Positions 25,288 through 34,300 of a stretch of DNA of 64,000 bases are shown piece after piece. The notes under the pieces are model-generated. The model was not told the origin of the DNA. It saw nothing but the letters and a program-made list of their open reading frames with translations, and did not search any database. The stretch is from positions 75,167 to 139,166 of the forward strand of contig JAJDUJ010000015.1 of the NCBI GenBank assembly GCA_022826705.1, read 5' to 3'. The position numbers were made by a program, and so were the translations under genes. The stretch's first letter is position 1; each line of letters begins with the position of its first letter. Source of the stretch: Acidimicrobiia bacterium (GTDB taxonomy: Bacteria; Actinomycetota; Acidimicrobiia; Acidimicrobiales; Bin134).

Positions 25288-26523
25288 TTAGTCGCAGAGT
25301 GAGCCCTCGCCCATGAACAGGCCATCGATGCCGCACACCCCGGTGTCGATGGTGCCGGCGGCCAGGCCGGCCCGCACCATCTCCACAGCAGCGGCGGCCT
25401 CAGCGCTCACCGCCGCGTCGTGGAACGGGGCGTAGGTGATGCCCAGGTTCTCGGCGGTCAGCACGAACGGCCCACCGGCGAAGCTGCCTTGGATGGTGGT
25501 GGCGATGTTGCGGAACACCGACAGGTCCACCCGCTTGATGGCCGAGCTGGCCAGGTTCTCCGAACCAGGCGCCGTGCCGCCGTTAAAGGTGGTGTAGTAC
25601 TCGTCTTGGTCCACGCCGATGCCCCAGGCTCCAGCCTCAGCAGCGGCCTTGATTCCACCTGAGCCGGTGGGGCCGCCAGCGCCGAAGATCACATCAGCGC
25701 CGTCACCGATGAACTGTTGGGCGTCGGACGCACCCTTGGCCGGATCGGTGAAGCTCTCGTTGTACACCGACAGCACCTGGATGTCGGGGTTGATGTACTT
25801 GGCGCCGGCTTCGTAGCCGTTGACGAACTTGACCACCGGCGGCACGTCCTCGCGTCCGGCCACCACTCCGACCACGCCCGACTCGCTGAGCGAGGCGGCC
25901 AAGGCACCGGCGATGAAGCCGCCCTCGTGCTCGTTGAACAGCACGCCCACGTAGTTGGATGGGTACTCGGGGTGCCACTGGTCGATGCCGATGTAGTTGA
26001 TGTTGGGGTTCTCATCGGCCGCCGCCATGGTGTCGGTGCCGAGCAGGAAGCCCACGGTGATGAGCACGTCGGGGTTCTCGCTGGCCGAGGTGCTCAGGTT
26101 GGCGTCGTAGTCGGCCTCCGACGCAGTCTCGATCACACTGGTGTCTTCGATACCGAAGCACTCGGCCGCGCCAATCATGCCCTCATAGGCGAACTGGTTG
26201 AAGGTGCCGTCGTCCACCTTGCCGATATCCGTGACCATGTTCACTCGGAATCCGTCCGGGGCCTGGATCCCACCCCAAGCCGCGCACTCCTCTTCCAAGC
26301 TGATGAGAGCCCCAGAAGGTGCCTCGGGGGCGGGTGCTTCGGTGGGCTCAGGCTCGGGTGCCTCGGTGGGCGCGGGTGCCGGGGCCTCGGTTGGTTCTGG
26401 GGCCGGGGCCTCGGTGGCCGCGGGCGCCGGGGCCGTTTCGGTGTCGTCGTCGTTGCCGCAGCCTGCCGCTACCAAGGCCAAGCAAAACAGCAAAGCCAAC
26501 AAAGCCATCAATTTCTTACGCAT
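25288..26523 (-). CDS. BMP-family (PnrA/Med-like) nucleoside-binding ABC transporter lipoprotein
   Basis: Signal peptide plus lipobox MRKKLMALLALLFCLALVAAGC, then a Pro/Glu/Ala/Thr linker, then a BMP-like body (...NYIGIDQW..., VVGVVAGREDVPPV, FGAGGPTGSG). It heads the ABC operon. Confidence 0.9.
   Translation of the reverse strand: MRKKLMALLALLFCLALVAAGCGNDDDTETAPAPAATEAPAPEPTEAPAPAPTEAPEPEPTEAPAPEAPSGALISLEEECAAWGGIQAPDGFRVNMVTDIGKVDDGTFNQFAYEGMIGAAECFGIEDTSVIETASEADYDANLSTSASENPDVLITVGFLLGTDTMAAADENPNINYIGIDQWHPEYPSNYVGVLFNEHEGGFIAGALAASLSESGVVGVVAGREDVPPVVKFVNGYEAGAKYINPDIQVLSVYNESFTDPAKGASDAQQFIGDGADVIFGAGGPTGSGGIKAAAEAGAWGIGVDQDEYYTTFNGGTAPGSENLASSAIKRVDLSVFRNIATTIQGSFAGGPFVLTAENLGITYAPFHDAAVSAEAAAAVEMVRAGLAAGTIDTGVCGIDGLFMGEGSLCD
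26317..26415 (-). repeat. in-frame tandem 24-bp repeats encoding (TEAPxPxP)x4 linker
   Basis: aa 37-69 of the lipoprotein read TEAPAPEP TEAPAPAP TEAPEPEP TEAPAPEAP. The periodic ggtgcctcggtggg units are visible on the + strand. Confidence 0.8.
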
Positions 26524-26627
26524 CTGAACCCCTCCGTCTGATGCCAGTAGTAGGACTCACGAGGCTAGTCCAGCACGGTGACAACCACAGTGTCGGACCG
26601 GCGGCTTGGAGTGTCTACTCTGGGGCC

Positions 26628-27365
26628 ATGTCAAGGCTTGCAGGAAAAACAGCAATTGTCACCGGCGCGGCCCGGGGTACCGGAGCGGTCATCGCCCAAA
26701 TGTTCCGGGACGAGGGAGCGACGGTGGTGGCCACCGACATTGCCGACGGGGATGGAATCGTCAAGCTAGACGTGACCAACGAGGCCCACTGGGACGAGGT
26801 GGTGAGCGGGATGGACCAGGTGGATGTGCTGGTGAACAACGCCGCCATCTTGCACATGGGACCCATCGAGCGGACCTCGGCCGAGTCCTACCGCCAGGTG
26901 CTGGACGTGAACCTGGTGGGGCCGTTCTTGGGCATGCGGGCGGTGGTCGGGCCGATGCGGGCTTCCGGGGGCGGTTCCATCGTCAATATCAGCTCCATTG
27001 ACGGGCTCATCGGCATGAACGGGATATCCGCTTACGGGGCCAGCAAGTTCGGCCTCGGGGGGCTGATGCGCTGCGCGGCCCTGGAGCTGGGCCGATCCGG
27101 CATCCGGGTAAACAACGTGTGCCCCGCGGGCGGCAACCCGGCCATGTACTCCCAGTGGTTCGACCAGATGATGTCGTTCATGGATCAGACTGCGGCCTAC
27201 TCGGCCAATAGGGGCATCCCCGGCGAGGTCCCCCTGGAGTGCATCGCTGCCGCGGCGCTGTTTCTGGCTTCCGACGAGTCGTCGCACATTACCGGCGCCG
27301 ACTTGCCGGTGGACGGCGGAGCGGCGGCCGGAGTGGTTATCGAGGGCTTGAACAGCTTGGAGTGA
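26628..27365 (+). CDS. SDR-family oxidoreductase
   Basis: Track ORF trimmed to the ATG at 26628. MSRLAGKTAIVTGAARGTGAVIA is a TGxxxGxG Rossmann motif; NNAAI and the YGASK catalytic Tyr/Lys are also present. Confidence 0.88.
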   Translation: MSRLAGKTAIVTGAARGTGAVIAQMFRDEGATVVATDIADGDGIVKLDVTNEAHWDEVVSGMDQVDVLVNNAAILHMGPIERTSAESYRQVLDVNLVGPFLGMRAVVGPMRASGGGSIVNISSIDGLIGMNGISAYGASKFGLGGLMRCAALELGRSGIRVNNVCPAGGNPAMYSQWFDQMMSFMDQTAAYSANRGIPGEVPLECIAAAALFLASDESSHITGADLPVDGGAAAGVVIEGLNSLE

Positions 27366-27448
27366 GCCAACGCCGCGAGGTCTCATTTGAGGCCTTCGGG
27401 AGTATCATTCAATCAATCGCCTGACCAAAGGCGGCAGAGGAGAGACGC

Positions 27449-28585
27449 ATGGCTCCGCCCACTCGCACCGATGAGGAGATCATCGGACGCTCCGATGTCA
27501 ACGACATCGACACCATCATCGACATCTCCCGAACCAACAGCGACGTCACCTCAATAATCCACGCGGTCCAAGACAACAGCGACGCCCTGTTCACCTGGGA
27601 CTACGCCAAGGGGGCCCGGCCCAAGTTGGAGCGCCTTTATGAGAAGGCCAAGACGTCGCAGTGGAACGCCCAAACCGACCTGGACTGGTCAATCGAGGTG
27701 GACCCGTACGAGGCGTTCAACATATTCACCGAGTCCGGGAGCCGCGATGAGTTTGAGCGCGAGGACAGGCCCGATCTGCCCACCGCCAACTGGGGCGAGG
27801 CCGAGTGGCGGGAGTTCTCCCTGGAGACCTTCAAGTGGCGGATGAGCCAATTCCTCCACGGCGAGCAGGGGGCCCTGCTGTGTACGGCCAAGATCGTCGA
27901 GACCGTCCCGTGGATCGACGCCAAGTACTACGCCGCCACCCAGGTGGTGGACGAGGCCCGGCACGTGGAGGTGTTCGGCAAGTACCTCGACGAAAAGCTG
28001 GGCGACTCCTATCCGATCAACGTCCACCTCAAGATGCTGCTCGACGACATCATCAACGACAGCCGCTGGGACATGACCTATCTGGGCATGCAGATCATGG
28101 TGGAGGGTCTGGCCCTGGCCGCCTTCGGCTTCATGCACCAGCTAACCCCCGAGCCCCTGCTCAAGAAGCTCCTCCGCTATGTGATGGCCGACGAGGCCCG
28201 CCATGTGGCCTTCGGCGTGCTCAGCCTCCAGGAGTTCTATAGCGAGCTCACCACGCCCGAGCTGCGCGAGCGCCAGGAGTTCGCCTTTGAGGCCGCGGTG
28301 CGGATGCGCGACCGGTTCTTGTCCCAAGAGGTGTGGGAGCGCATGGGCGTGCCGGTGCGGCCCATGGTGGAGAATTTCCTGTCGTTACCCGCCGATCAGA
28401 AGCCGTTCCAGAACATCCTGTTCTCCAAGATCGTGCCCAACTGCAAGAAACTCGGTTTGCTGGATGCCGGCGACGGCTGGCTCCGGCGCCGGTTCGAGGA
28501 GATCCACGTCATCGAATTCGAAGACTGGGTGGACACCGGCGAGGAATACGAGGACTTCCAGTTCGAAGAGGCCGCCGCGGTCTGA
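27449..28585 (+). CDS. ferritin-like di-iron oxygenase family protein (AurF-like)
   Basis: Two E...(D/E)EARH motifs: VVDEARHVEVFGKYL and VMADEARHVAFGVL, with upstream Glu residues, typical of di-iron carboxylate proteins. Substrate unknown. Confidence 0.7.
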   Translation: MAPPTRTDEEIIGRSDVNDIDTIIDISRTNSDVTSIIHAVQDNSDALFTWDYAKGARPKLERLYEKAKTSQWNAQTDLDWSIEVDPYEAFNIFTESGSRDEFEREDRPDLPTANWGEAEWREFSLETFKWRMSQFLHGEQGALLCTAKIVETVPWIDAKYYAATQVVDEARHVEVFGKYLDEKLGDSYPINVHLKMLLDDIINDSRWDMTYLGMQIMVEGLALAAFGFMHQLTPEPLLKKLLRYVMADEARHVAFGVLSLQEFYSELTTPELRERQEFAFEAAVRMRDRFLSQEVWERMGVPVRPMVENFLSLPADQKPFQNILFSKIVPNCKKLGLLDAGDGWLRRRFEEIHVIEFEDWVDTGEEYEDFQFEEAAAV

Positions 28586-28589
28586 GGCC

Positions 28590-29015
28590 TCATCGGTTGC
28601 AGGTGGGGCGACTGCCTGGCCGGCGGATTCGGTAGCGGTTGTCGGCTACCAGACGGTATGTCCAGCGAGCGAGCGGGCTGATGGGGCCGAGGGTGAGCAT
28701 GCGGCCCAGCGCAGGCCATGGGGCTTTCATGGCTCCGAGGGCTTTGGCAATGCTGTGGTGTTCGTCCCAGCGGGTGCCGTCGGGGTCGATCCACCACGCG
28801 GAGCGGACCACGTCTTCTTGGCTGAGGCCGAGAATTTCCAGATCAACTTGCTGGGAGGGGACCACCCGGTAGTTGTCGCTCAGCCGGCGCTGTGCCCAGC
28901 GAGCGGTAGCGGTGCAGAACCCGCAGTCGCCGTCGTAGATCAGAGTGCCCGAGGCGATAGGCGGAGAGGAAGGGTTGGGCTCAGCTGTTGCGCCCGGCAT
29001 TGGGCTTGCGCCCAT
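28590..29015 (-). CDS. thiol-disulfide oxidoreductase DCC family protein (DUF393)
   Basis: LIYDGDCGFCTATARWAQRR carries the family CxxC motif. Track ORF trimmed to Met51 (29015); Met56 (29000) is equally possible. Either start overlaps the 3' end of the bL37-like micro-ORF in another frame. Confidence 0.8.
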   Translation of the reverse strand: MGASPMPGATAEPNPSSPPIASGTLIYDGDCGFCTATARWAQRRLSDNYRVVPSQQVDLEILGLSQEDVVRSAWWIDPDGTRWDEHHSIAKALGAMKAPWPALGRMLTLGPISPLARWTYRLVADNRYRIRRPGSRPTCNR

Positions 29016-29070
29016 GGTTGGCCTTCTTGCGTCGTGCTCTGGCCTTGCGTTTTTGGGTGCGCTTCGACAT
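28981..29070 (-). CDS. 29-aa highly basic peptide, probable actinobacterial ribosomal protein bL37
   Basis: Not in the track as a separate ORF because it is under 60 aa. ATG at 29070 lies 5 nt after GGAGG. MSKRTQKRKARARRKKANHGRKPNAGRNS has a KANHG(K/R)(R/K)PN C-terminal block that matches my memory of mycobacterial bL37. Confidence 0.65.
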   Translation of the reverse strand: MSKRTQKRKARARRKKANHGRKPNAGRNS

Positions 29071-29124
29071 TCGAACCTCCGCGTCTCTAGAAAGACTACC
29101 GACTCCAGGTAGCGTGAACGACCC

Positions 29125-30201
29125 GTGGAGCGCTTCGGGTTCGTCGGTTTGCCCAACTCCGGCAAGTCTTCCCTCTACAACGCCTTGATCGGGTCGGACG
29201 TGCTGGCCGCCCCTTATGCCTTCGCCACCACCGACTCCAACGTGGGCGTGGCCAAGGTGGTGGATCCCCGCCTTGATGCCATTGCTCAGCTCAGCGGCTC
29301 CCGCACCGTGACGCCGGCCAGCGTGCAATTCACCGACATCGGAGGTCTGGTGGAGGGGGCCAGCCGGGGCGAGGGGCTGGGTAACCGCTTTCTGGCCGGC
29401 ATCCGCGAGGTGGACGCGGTGGTTTACGTGCTCCGAGCCTTTGTCCACCCCGACGTGCCCGGGCCCACCGACCCCTTGGAGCACCTGCGGGTGCTGGAGA
29501 TCGAGTTGACGCTGGCCGACTTGGAGTCGGTGGAGAATCGGCTGGTCAAGCGGCGCAAGTCCGCCGTCCAAGACCGCTCGCTAGCCGGGGAAGTGGCTGC
29601 GTTGGAGGCGGCCGCCGACGTGCTGGGCGAGGGCATCCCCATCTACCGGAGCGATCTGACCCCTAGCCAGCGGGTCGACCTGCGGGAGAGCTTCCTGCTG
29701 ACCAACCGCCCGGTGCTGGCTGTGGTCAACATCGGGGAGGACCAGCTAGACGAGGCCGAATCGGTGATCGAGCCGGTGGCCGTTGAGTTGGACGGCCGGG
29801 CCGGAGTCATGGCGGTGTGCGTGCAGCTCGAGGCTGAGGCCGCCCAGCTCTCCGCCCAGGAGCGGGCCGAGATGCTCGACGGCCTGGGACTGGGGGAGGG
29901 AGCGTTGGGCCGGTTCACCCATGCGGCCTACGACTTGCTGGGCCTGCGGACCTTCTTCACCACCGGCGACAAGGAGACCCGGGCCTGGACCTTCCGCTTG
30001 GGGGCCACCGCCCCGGAAGCGGCGGGCCGGATCCACACCGACTTCCAACGAGGGTTCATCCGAGCCGACGTGATCGGTTGGCAGGAGTTGCTGGACGCAG
30101 GCGGCTGGACCAAAGCCAAGGAACTGGGCGTGATGCGCACCGAGGGCCGCGACTACTCGGTGGCCGACGGCGACGTGATGGAGATCCGCTTCAACGTGTA
30201 G
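29125..30201 (+). CDS. ychF: redox-regulated ribosome-binding ATPase YchF
   Basis: FGFVGLPNSGKSSLYNAL P-loop, a 358-aa length, and C-terminal DGDVMEIRFNV typical of the YchF/OLA1 TGS end. Confidence 0.95.
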   Translation: MERFGFVGLPNSGKSSLYNALIGSDVLAAPYAFATTDSNVGVAKVVDPRLDAIAQLSGSRTVTPASVQFTDIGGLVEGASRGEGLGNRFLAGIREVDAVVYVLRAFVHPDVPGPTDPLEHLRVLEIELTLADLESVENRLVKRRKSAVQDRSLAGEVAALEAAADVLGEGIPIYRSDLTPSQRVDLRESFLLTNRPVLAVVNIGEDQLDEAESVIEPVAVELDGRAGVMAVCVQLEAEAAQLSAQERAEMLDGLGLGEGALGRFTHAAYDLLGLRTFFTTGDKETRAWTFRLGATAPEAAGRIHTDFQRGFIRADVIGWQELLDAGGWTKAKELGVMRTEGRDYSVADGDVMEIRFNV

Positions 30202-30273
30202 GGGTGGGTGGTCGAATCAGAGGTTGTCCAACTTTCTCTTGAACAAACGCCGCTGGAGTTGGAAAATCTGGTG

Positions 30274-30621
30274 ATGGCGTGGCTCGTCTGTGACGACCGG
30301 GTGCTGGCCACCGTGGAGATCGCCACCGGATGGCGGGAACGGGCCCTCGGGCTGTTGGGCCGCGACGAGTTCGACAATGCGCTGCTGCTTCGGCCGGCGT
30401 TCTCGGTGCACACCTTGGGGATGCGGTTTCCCATCGACGTGGCCTATTTGGACCGCGATCTGGTGGTGCTGAAAGCAGCCACCATGGCCCGGTTTCGGAT
30501 CGGTCTGCCAGTGTGGCGGGCCCGGGCGGTGCTGGAGGCCGAGGCCGGTTCGTTTGCCCGCTGGGGGCTAAAGCCCGGCAACCGATTGGAAGTGCGGCAG
30601 ACTGCATGGGAGAGGGGATAG
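30274..30621 (+). CDS. DUF192 domain-containing protein
   Basis: Track ORF trimmed to the ATG at 30274. RERALGLLGRDEFDNALLLRPAFSVHTLGMRFPIDVAYLDRDLVVL fits the DUF192 (COG1430) pattern. Confidence 0.72.
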   Translation: MAWLVCDDRVLATVEIATGWRERALGLLGRDEFDNALLLRPAFSVHTLGMRFPIDVAYLDRDLVVLKAATMARFRIGLPVWRARAVLEAEAGSFARWGLKPGNRLEVRQTAWERG

Positions 30622-30648
30622 CGGTCAACCGACCACGAGGGAGGTGGC

Positions 30649-31476
30649 ATGACTGGAAGGCTGGTTTTGGTTGCCACCCCAATCGGCAACCTGGGCGACC
30701 TATCCCCGAGGGCCGTGGAGGTGCTGGCCGACGCTGACGTGGTGGCCTGCGAGGACACTCGCCGCACTGGAAAGCTGCTGGCCCATGCGGGGGTAAGCGC
30801 ACCCCGGCTGCTGGTGGTGAACGAGCACACCGAGGCCGCGGGTGCCGATGAGATCGCCCAGCTGGTGGCGGGGGGCAACACCGTGGTGTTGGTGACCGAT
30901 GCCGGCACACCAGCCGTGTCTGATCCGGGGTCCAGAGTGGTCCAAGCGGTTCTGGACACCGGGGGCGAGGTGGAGGCGGTGCCGGGCCCGTCGGCCGCCC
31001 TCGCCGCTCTGGTGGTGAGCGGCCTTCCCACCGGGCGCTTCTGCTTTGAGGGGTTTCTGCCCCGAAAGGGCCGACACCGGGCCGATCGGATCCGCGAGCT
31101 GGGCCAAGAGTCCCGCACCATGGTGCTGTTCGAAGCCCCTCACCGGCTGGCTCGCACCCTGGGTGATTTGGCCTTGGCCCTGGGGGGCGACCGGGCAGTG
31201 GCCATCGTGCGGGAGCAGACCAAGCTGCATGAGGAGGTATGGCGGGGCACGCTGGCCGATGCCGTTGTCCGAGCCGACGGTACCGAGCCTCGAGGCGAGC
31301 ACGTACTGGTGGTGGCCGGTTGCCCCGACCCGCTCCCGCCCTCAGCACCCCAGATCAAAGCGGCCCTTGATGAGAAGCTGGCCGAGGGACTGTCCCGTCG
31401 GGATGCGGCCGCCGCGGTGGCCGCCGATCTCGGCATCTCCCGGCGTGCTGTGTATCAGCTCAGTCTGGGAGACTGA
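30649..31476 (+). CDS. rsmI: 16S rRNA (cytidine1402-2'-O)-methyltransferase
   Basis: LVLVATPIGNLGDLSPRAVEVLADADVVACEDTRRTGKLL is the canonical RsmI N-terminus. 275 aa. Confidence 0.92.
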   Translation: MTGRLVLVATPIGNLGDLSPRAVEVLADADVVACEDTRRTGKLLAHAGVSAPRLLVVNEHTEAAGADEIAQLVAGGNTVVLVTDAGTPAVSDPGSRVVQAVLDTGGEVEAVPGPSAALAALVVSGLPTGRFCFEGFLPRKGRHRADRIRELGQESRTMVLFEAPHRLARTLGDLALALGGDRAVAIVREQTKLHEEVWRGTLADAVVRADGTEPRGEHVLVVAGCPDPLPPSAPQIKAALDEKLAEGLSRRDAAAAVAADLGISRRAVYQLSLGD

Positions 31477-31524
31477 CCGGGTTCAAAATCCCGTAAATCT
31501 CTGCCGGTTGACGAAGGAGTCCCC

Positions 31525-31989
31525 ATGAGCGACGTCAAGCCCATTCCCGACGACTATCCCCGGATCACCCCCTATCTGTGCGTGGGCGGCGCGGCCGCGG
31601 CTATCGATTTCATGGTCGAGGTGTTCGGCGCCACCGAACGGATGAGGATCTCTGCGCCGGGCGGCATGATCGGCCACGCCGAAGTGGCCATCGGCGACGG
31701 GCTCATCATGGTGTCCGACGAGTACCCCGAGATGGGGGTGCTCGGACCAAAATCCATTGGCGGCACCGCCGTCACCATCAGCGTGTATGTGGAAGACGCC
31801 GATGCCACTTACGCCAAGGCTGTTGCCGCCGGAGCCACCGCTGAGCGGCCGGTGGAAACCCAGTTCTATGGCGACCGGGGTGGCATGTTCGTCGACCCGT
31901 TCGGCCACCGTTGGCACGTCGCCACCCATGTGGAGGATGTGTCCCCCGACGAGATGGCCCGCCGCTCCGCCGAGATGTTCGGGGAGTGA
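31525..31989 (+). CDS. VOC/glyoxalase-family protein (PhnB-like)
   Basis: ITPYLCVGGAAAAIDFMVEVFGA...GHAEVAIGDGLIMVSDEYPE and DPFGHRWHV are PhnB-like VOC motifs. Confidence 0.8.
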   Translation: MSDVKPIPDDYPRITPYLCVGGAAAAIDFMVEVFGATERMRISAPGGMIGHAEVAIGDGLIMVSDEYPEMGVLGPKSIGGTAVTISVYVEDADATYAKAVAAGATAERPVETQFYGDRGGMFVDPFGHRWHVATHVEDVSPDEMARRSAEMFGE

Positions 31990-32051
31990 CCCTGGTCTCT
32001 ACCGGGCTTTCCCAGTCGGGATCAGAAGGCCGAGGAAAGTAGTGTGAAGCG

Positions 32052-33551
32052 GTGTCGCGCTATTTCTTGACGACCCCGATCTTCTACGTCAACGACGCGC
32101 CCCACATCGGCCACGCCTACACCGTGCTCAACGGTGACGCCGTCACCCGCTGGCACCGGCTCCTGGGCGAGGACGTCTTCTACCTGACCGGCACCGACGA
32201 GCACGGCCTGAAGGTGCAGCGGGCCGCCGAGGCCAACGGCCTGTCCCCGCTGGACCAGGCCGACGGAACCAGCCAGCGCTTCCGGGAAGCGTGGGCCGAA
32301 CTCGGGGTGGCCAACGACGAGTTCATCCGAACCACCGAGCCCCGTCATCACCAGGCCGTGCAGACGCTCATGCAGCGGGCCTACGACAACGGCTACATCT
32401 ACTCGGCGGTCTACGACGGCTGGTACTCGGTGTCTGACGAGGCCTATGTGTCAGAAGAAGACGTGACCGAAGAGGACGTCGAGTCGGGCCGGGTGGAGCG
32501 GATGACCGAGGAGAACTACTTCTTCAAGCTCTCCGAATTCGAGGCGCCGCTATTGGAGTGGTTCGAGTCGAACCCCGCCAACATCACTCCCGAGGGCTAC
32601 CGCAACGAGGCTCTGGGCATCATCCGCGGCGGCCTGCGGGACATTTCCATCACCCGCACCTCCATCGACTGGGGCATCCCGGTGCCCTGGGCCGAGGGCC
32701 ACGTGTTCTACGTGTGGTACGACGCGCTCACCAACTACGCCACCGCCGCGGGCTATGGGGCCGACGACGAGCAGTTCGCGGCGTGGTGGCCGTCGGTCCG
32801 CCATCTGCTGGGCAAAGACATCATCCGCTTCCACTGCGTGTACTGGCCCGCCATGCTGTTGGCCGCCGGCGTGACCGATCTGCCCCGCTATCACGTCCAC
32901 GGCTGGCTGCTGGTGGGTGGGGAGAAGATGTCCAAGTCGGCCTTCAACCAGATCTCGCCCACCGACCTCATCGCCGACTTCGGCGTGGACGGATTTCGCT
33001 ACTCCCTGCTCAGGGATACACCGTTCGGCCCCGACAGCGAGGTCAGCCATGAGGCTCTCCAGCACCGCTACAACACCGATCTGGCCAACAACTTCGGCAA
33101 CCTGTTGCAGCGCTCTTCCACGCTGGTTCACAGCAAGTGCGGTGGAATCGGACCCGCCCCCGACCCCGACCACCCGCTGGCCGACGTGGCCGCCCAGGTG
33201 TACGCCGATGCCGCCGCGGCCTGGGACCGGTTCCAGCCCTCGGTGGCGTTGGAGGCCACTTGGCGCCTCATTCGCGACACCAACGAATACCTCCAGGCCA
33301 CCGAGCCGTGGAAGATGGAGCCCGGTGGCATGGTGAACACGGTGCTCGGCAACGCCTTGGAGGCTCTGCGCATCGTGTGCGTGCTGGCCAGCCCGGCCAT
33401 TCCCACCTCTTGCGAGGCTGCCTGGACCCGTCTGGGCTTGGACGGGTCGCCGCTCGACCAGCGGCTGCCCGCCGCCGCAGTGTGGGGGCAGTATCCCGGT
33501 GGCCTGCCGGTGGCTGAGGGCGATCCACTGTTCCCCCGCTTGCGTGATTAG
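32052..33551 (+). CDS. metG: methionine--tRNA ligase
   Basis: HIGH-type motif APHIGHAYT and the KMSKS motif (GEKMSKSAFN). 499 aa. GTG start. Confidence 0.95.
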   Translation: MSRYFLTTPIFYVNDAPHIGHAYTVLNGDAVTRWHRLLGEDVFYLTGTDEHGLKVQRAAEANGLSPLDQADGTSQRFREAWAELGVANDEFIRTTEPRHHQAVQTLMQRAYDNGYIYSAVYDGWYSVSDEAYVSEEDVTEEDVESGRVERMTEENYFFKLSEFEAPLLEWFESNPANITPEGYRNEALGIIRGGLRDISITRTSIDWGIPVPWAEGHVFYVWYDALTNYATAAGYGADDEQFAAWWPSVRHLLGKDIIRFHCVYWPAMLLAAGVTDLPRYHVHGWLLVGGEKMSKSAFNQISPTDLIADFGVDGFRYSLLRDTPFGPDSEVSHEALQHRYNTDLANNFGNLLQRSSTLVHSKCGGIGPAPDPDHPLADVAAQVYADAAAAWDRFQPSVALEATWRLIRDTNEYLQATEPWKMEPGGMVNTVLGNALEALRIVCVLASPAIPTSCEAAWTRLGLDGSPLDQRLPAAAVWGQYPGGLPVAEGDPLFPRLRD

Positions 33552-33553
33552 CG

Positions 33554-34300
33554 GTGCGCTGGATCGACAACCACTGCCACCTGGAGTCGGACTCGCTAGC
33601 TGAAGTGGTCGCCCAGGCGACAGCGGCCGGGGTGGAGCGCATGATCGACATAGGCACCGATGCGGCCACCTCGATCGCCGCGATTTCCAAGGCCGCGGCC
33701 AGCGACCGGGTGTGGGCCACGGTGGGGGTTCACCCCCACGAGGCCCGTCGCGGCATCGGCGGCATTGAGGCGTTGCTGGGGTCGGATCGAGTGGTGGCGG
33801 TGGGGGAGTGCGGGCTCGACTACCACTACAACCATTCGCCCCCCGCCGACCAGCGGGCGGTGTTCGCAGCCCAGATCGAGATGGCCCATCGGCACCGAAT
33901 GCCCCTGGTGATTCACACCCGGGAGGCGTGGGACGACACCTTCGCCATTCTGGACGAGTGCGGGGTGCCCGAGGGCACCGTGTTCCACTGCTTCACCGGT
34001 GGCCCCGATGAGGCCAGGGCGGCACTGGACCGCGGGGCATATCTGTCATTCAGCGGAATCGTGAGCTTCCCCTCCGCCGACGACGTGCGTGAGGCGGCTG
34101 GGCTGTGCCCCTTCGACCGGTTGCTGGTGGAGACCGACTCGCCGTATCTGGCCCCGGTTCCACGGCGAGGCAAGCCCAATGTTCCGGCCAACCTGCCCTT
34201 GGTGGGGGAGGCGTTGGCCCGAGTCCACGGTGTTGCCCCCGAGGTGGTGGCCGAGCACACCTGGGACAACGCGGCCGGTTTCTACCGACTCGGCCCGTGA
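33554..34300 (+). CDS. tatD: TatD-family metal-dependent hydrolase
   Basis: WIDNHCHL, ECGLDYHY, VIHTREA, HCFTG and ETDSPYL motifs. Confidence 0.9.
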   Translation: MRWIDNHCHLESDSLAEVVAQATAAGVERMIDIGTDAATSIAAISKAAASDRVWATVGVHPHEARRGIGGIEALLGSDRVVAVGECGLDYHYNHSPPADQRAVFAAQIEMAHRHRMPLVIHTREAWDDTFAILDECGVPEGTVFHCFTGGPDEARAALDRGAYLSFSGIVSFPSADDVREAAGLCPFDRLLVETDSPYLAPVPRRGKPNVPANLPLVGEALARVHGVAPEVVAEHTWDNAAGFYRLGP

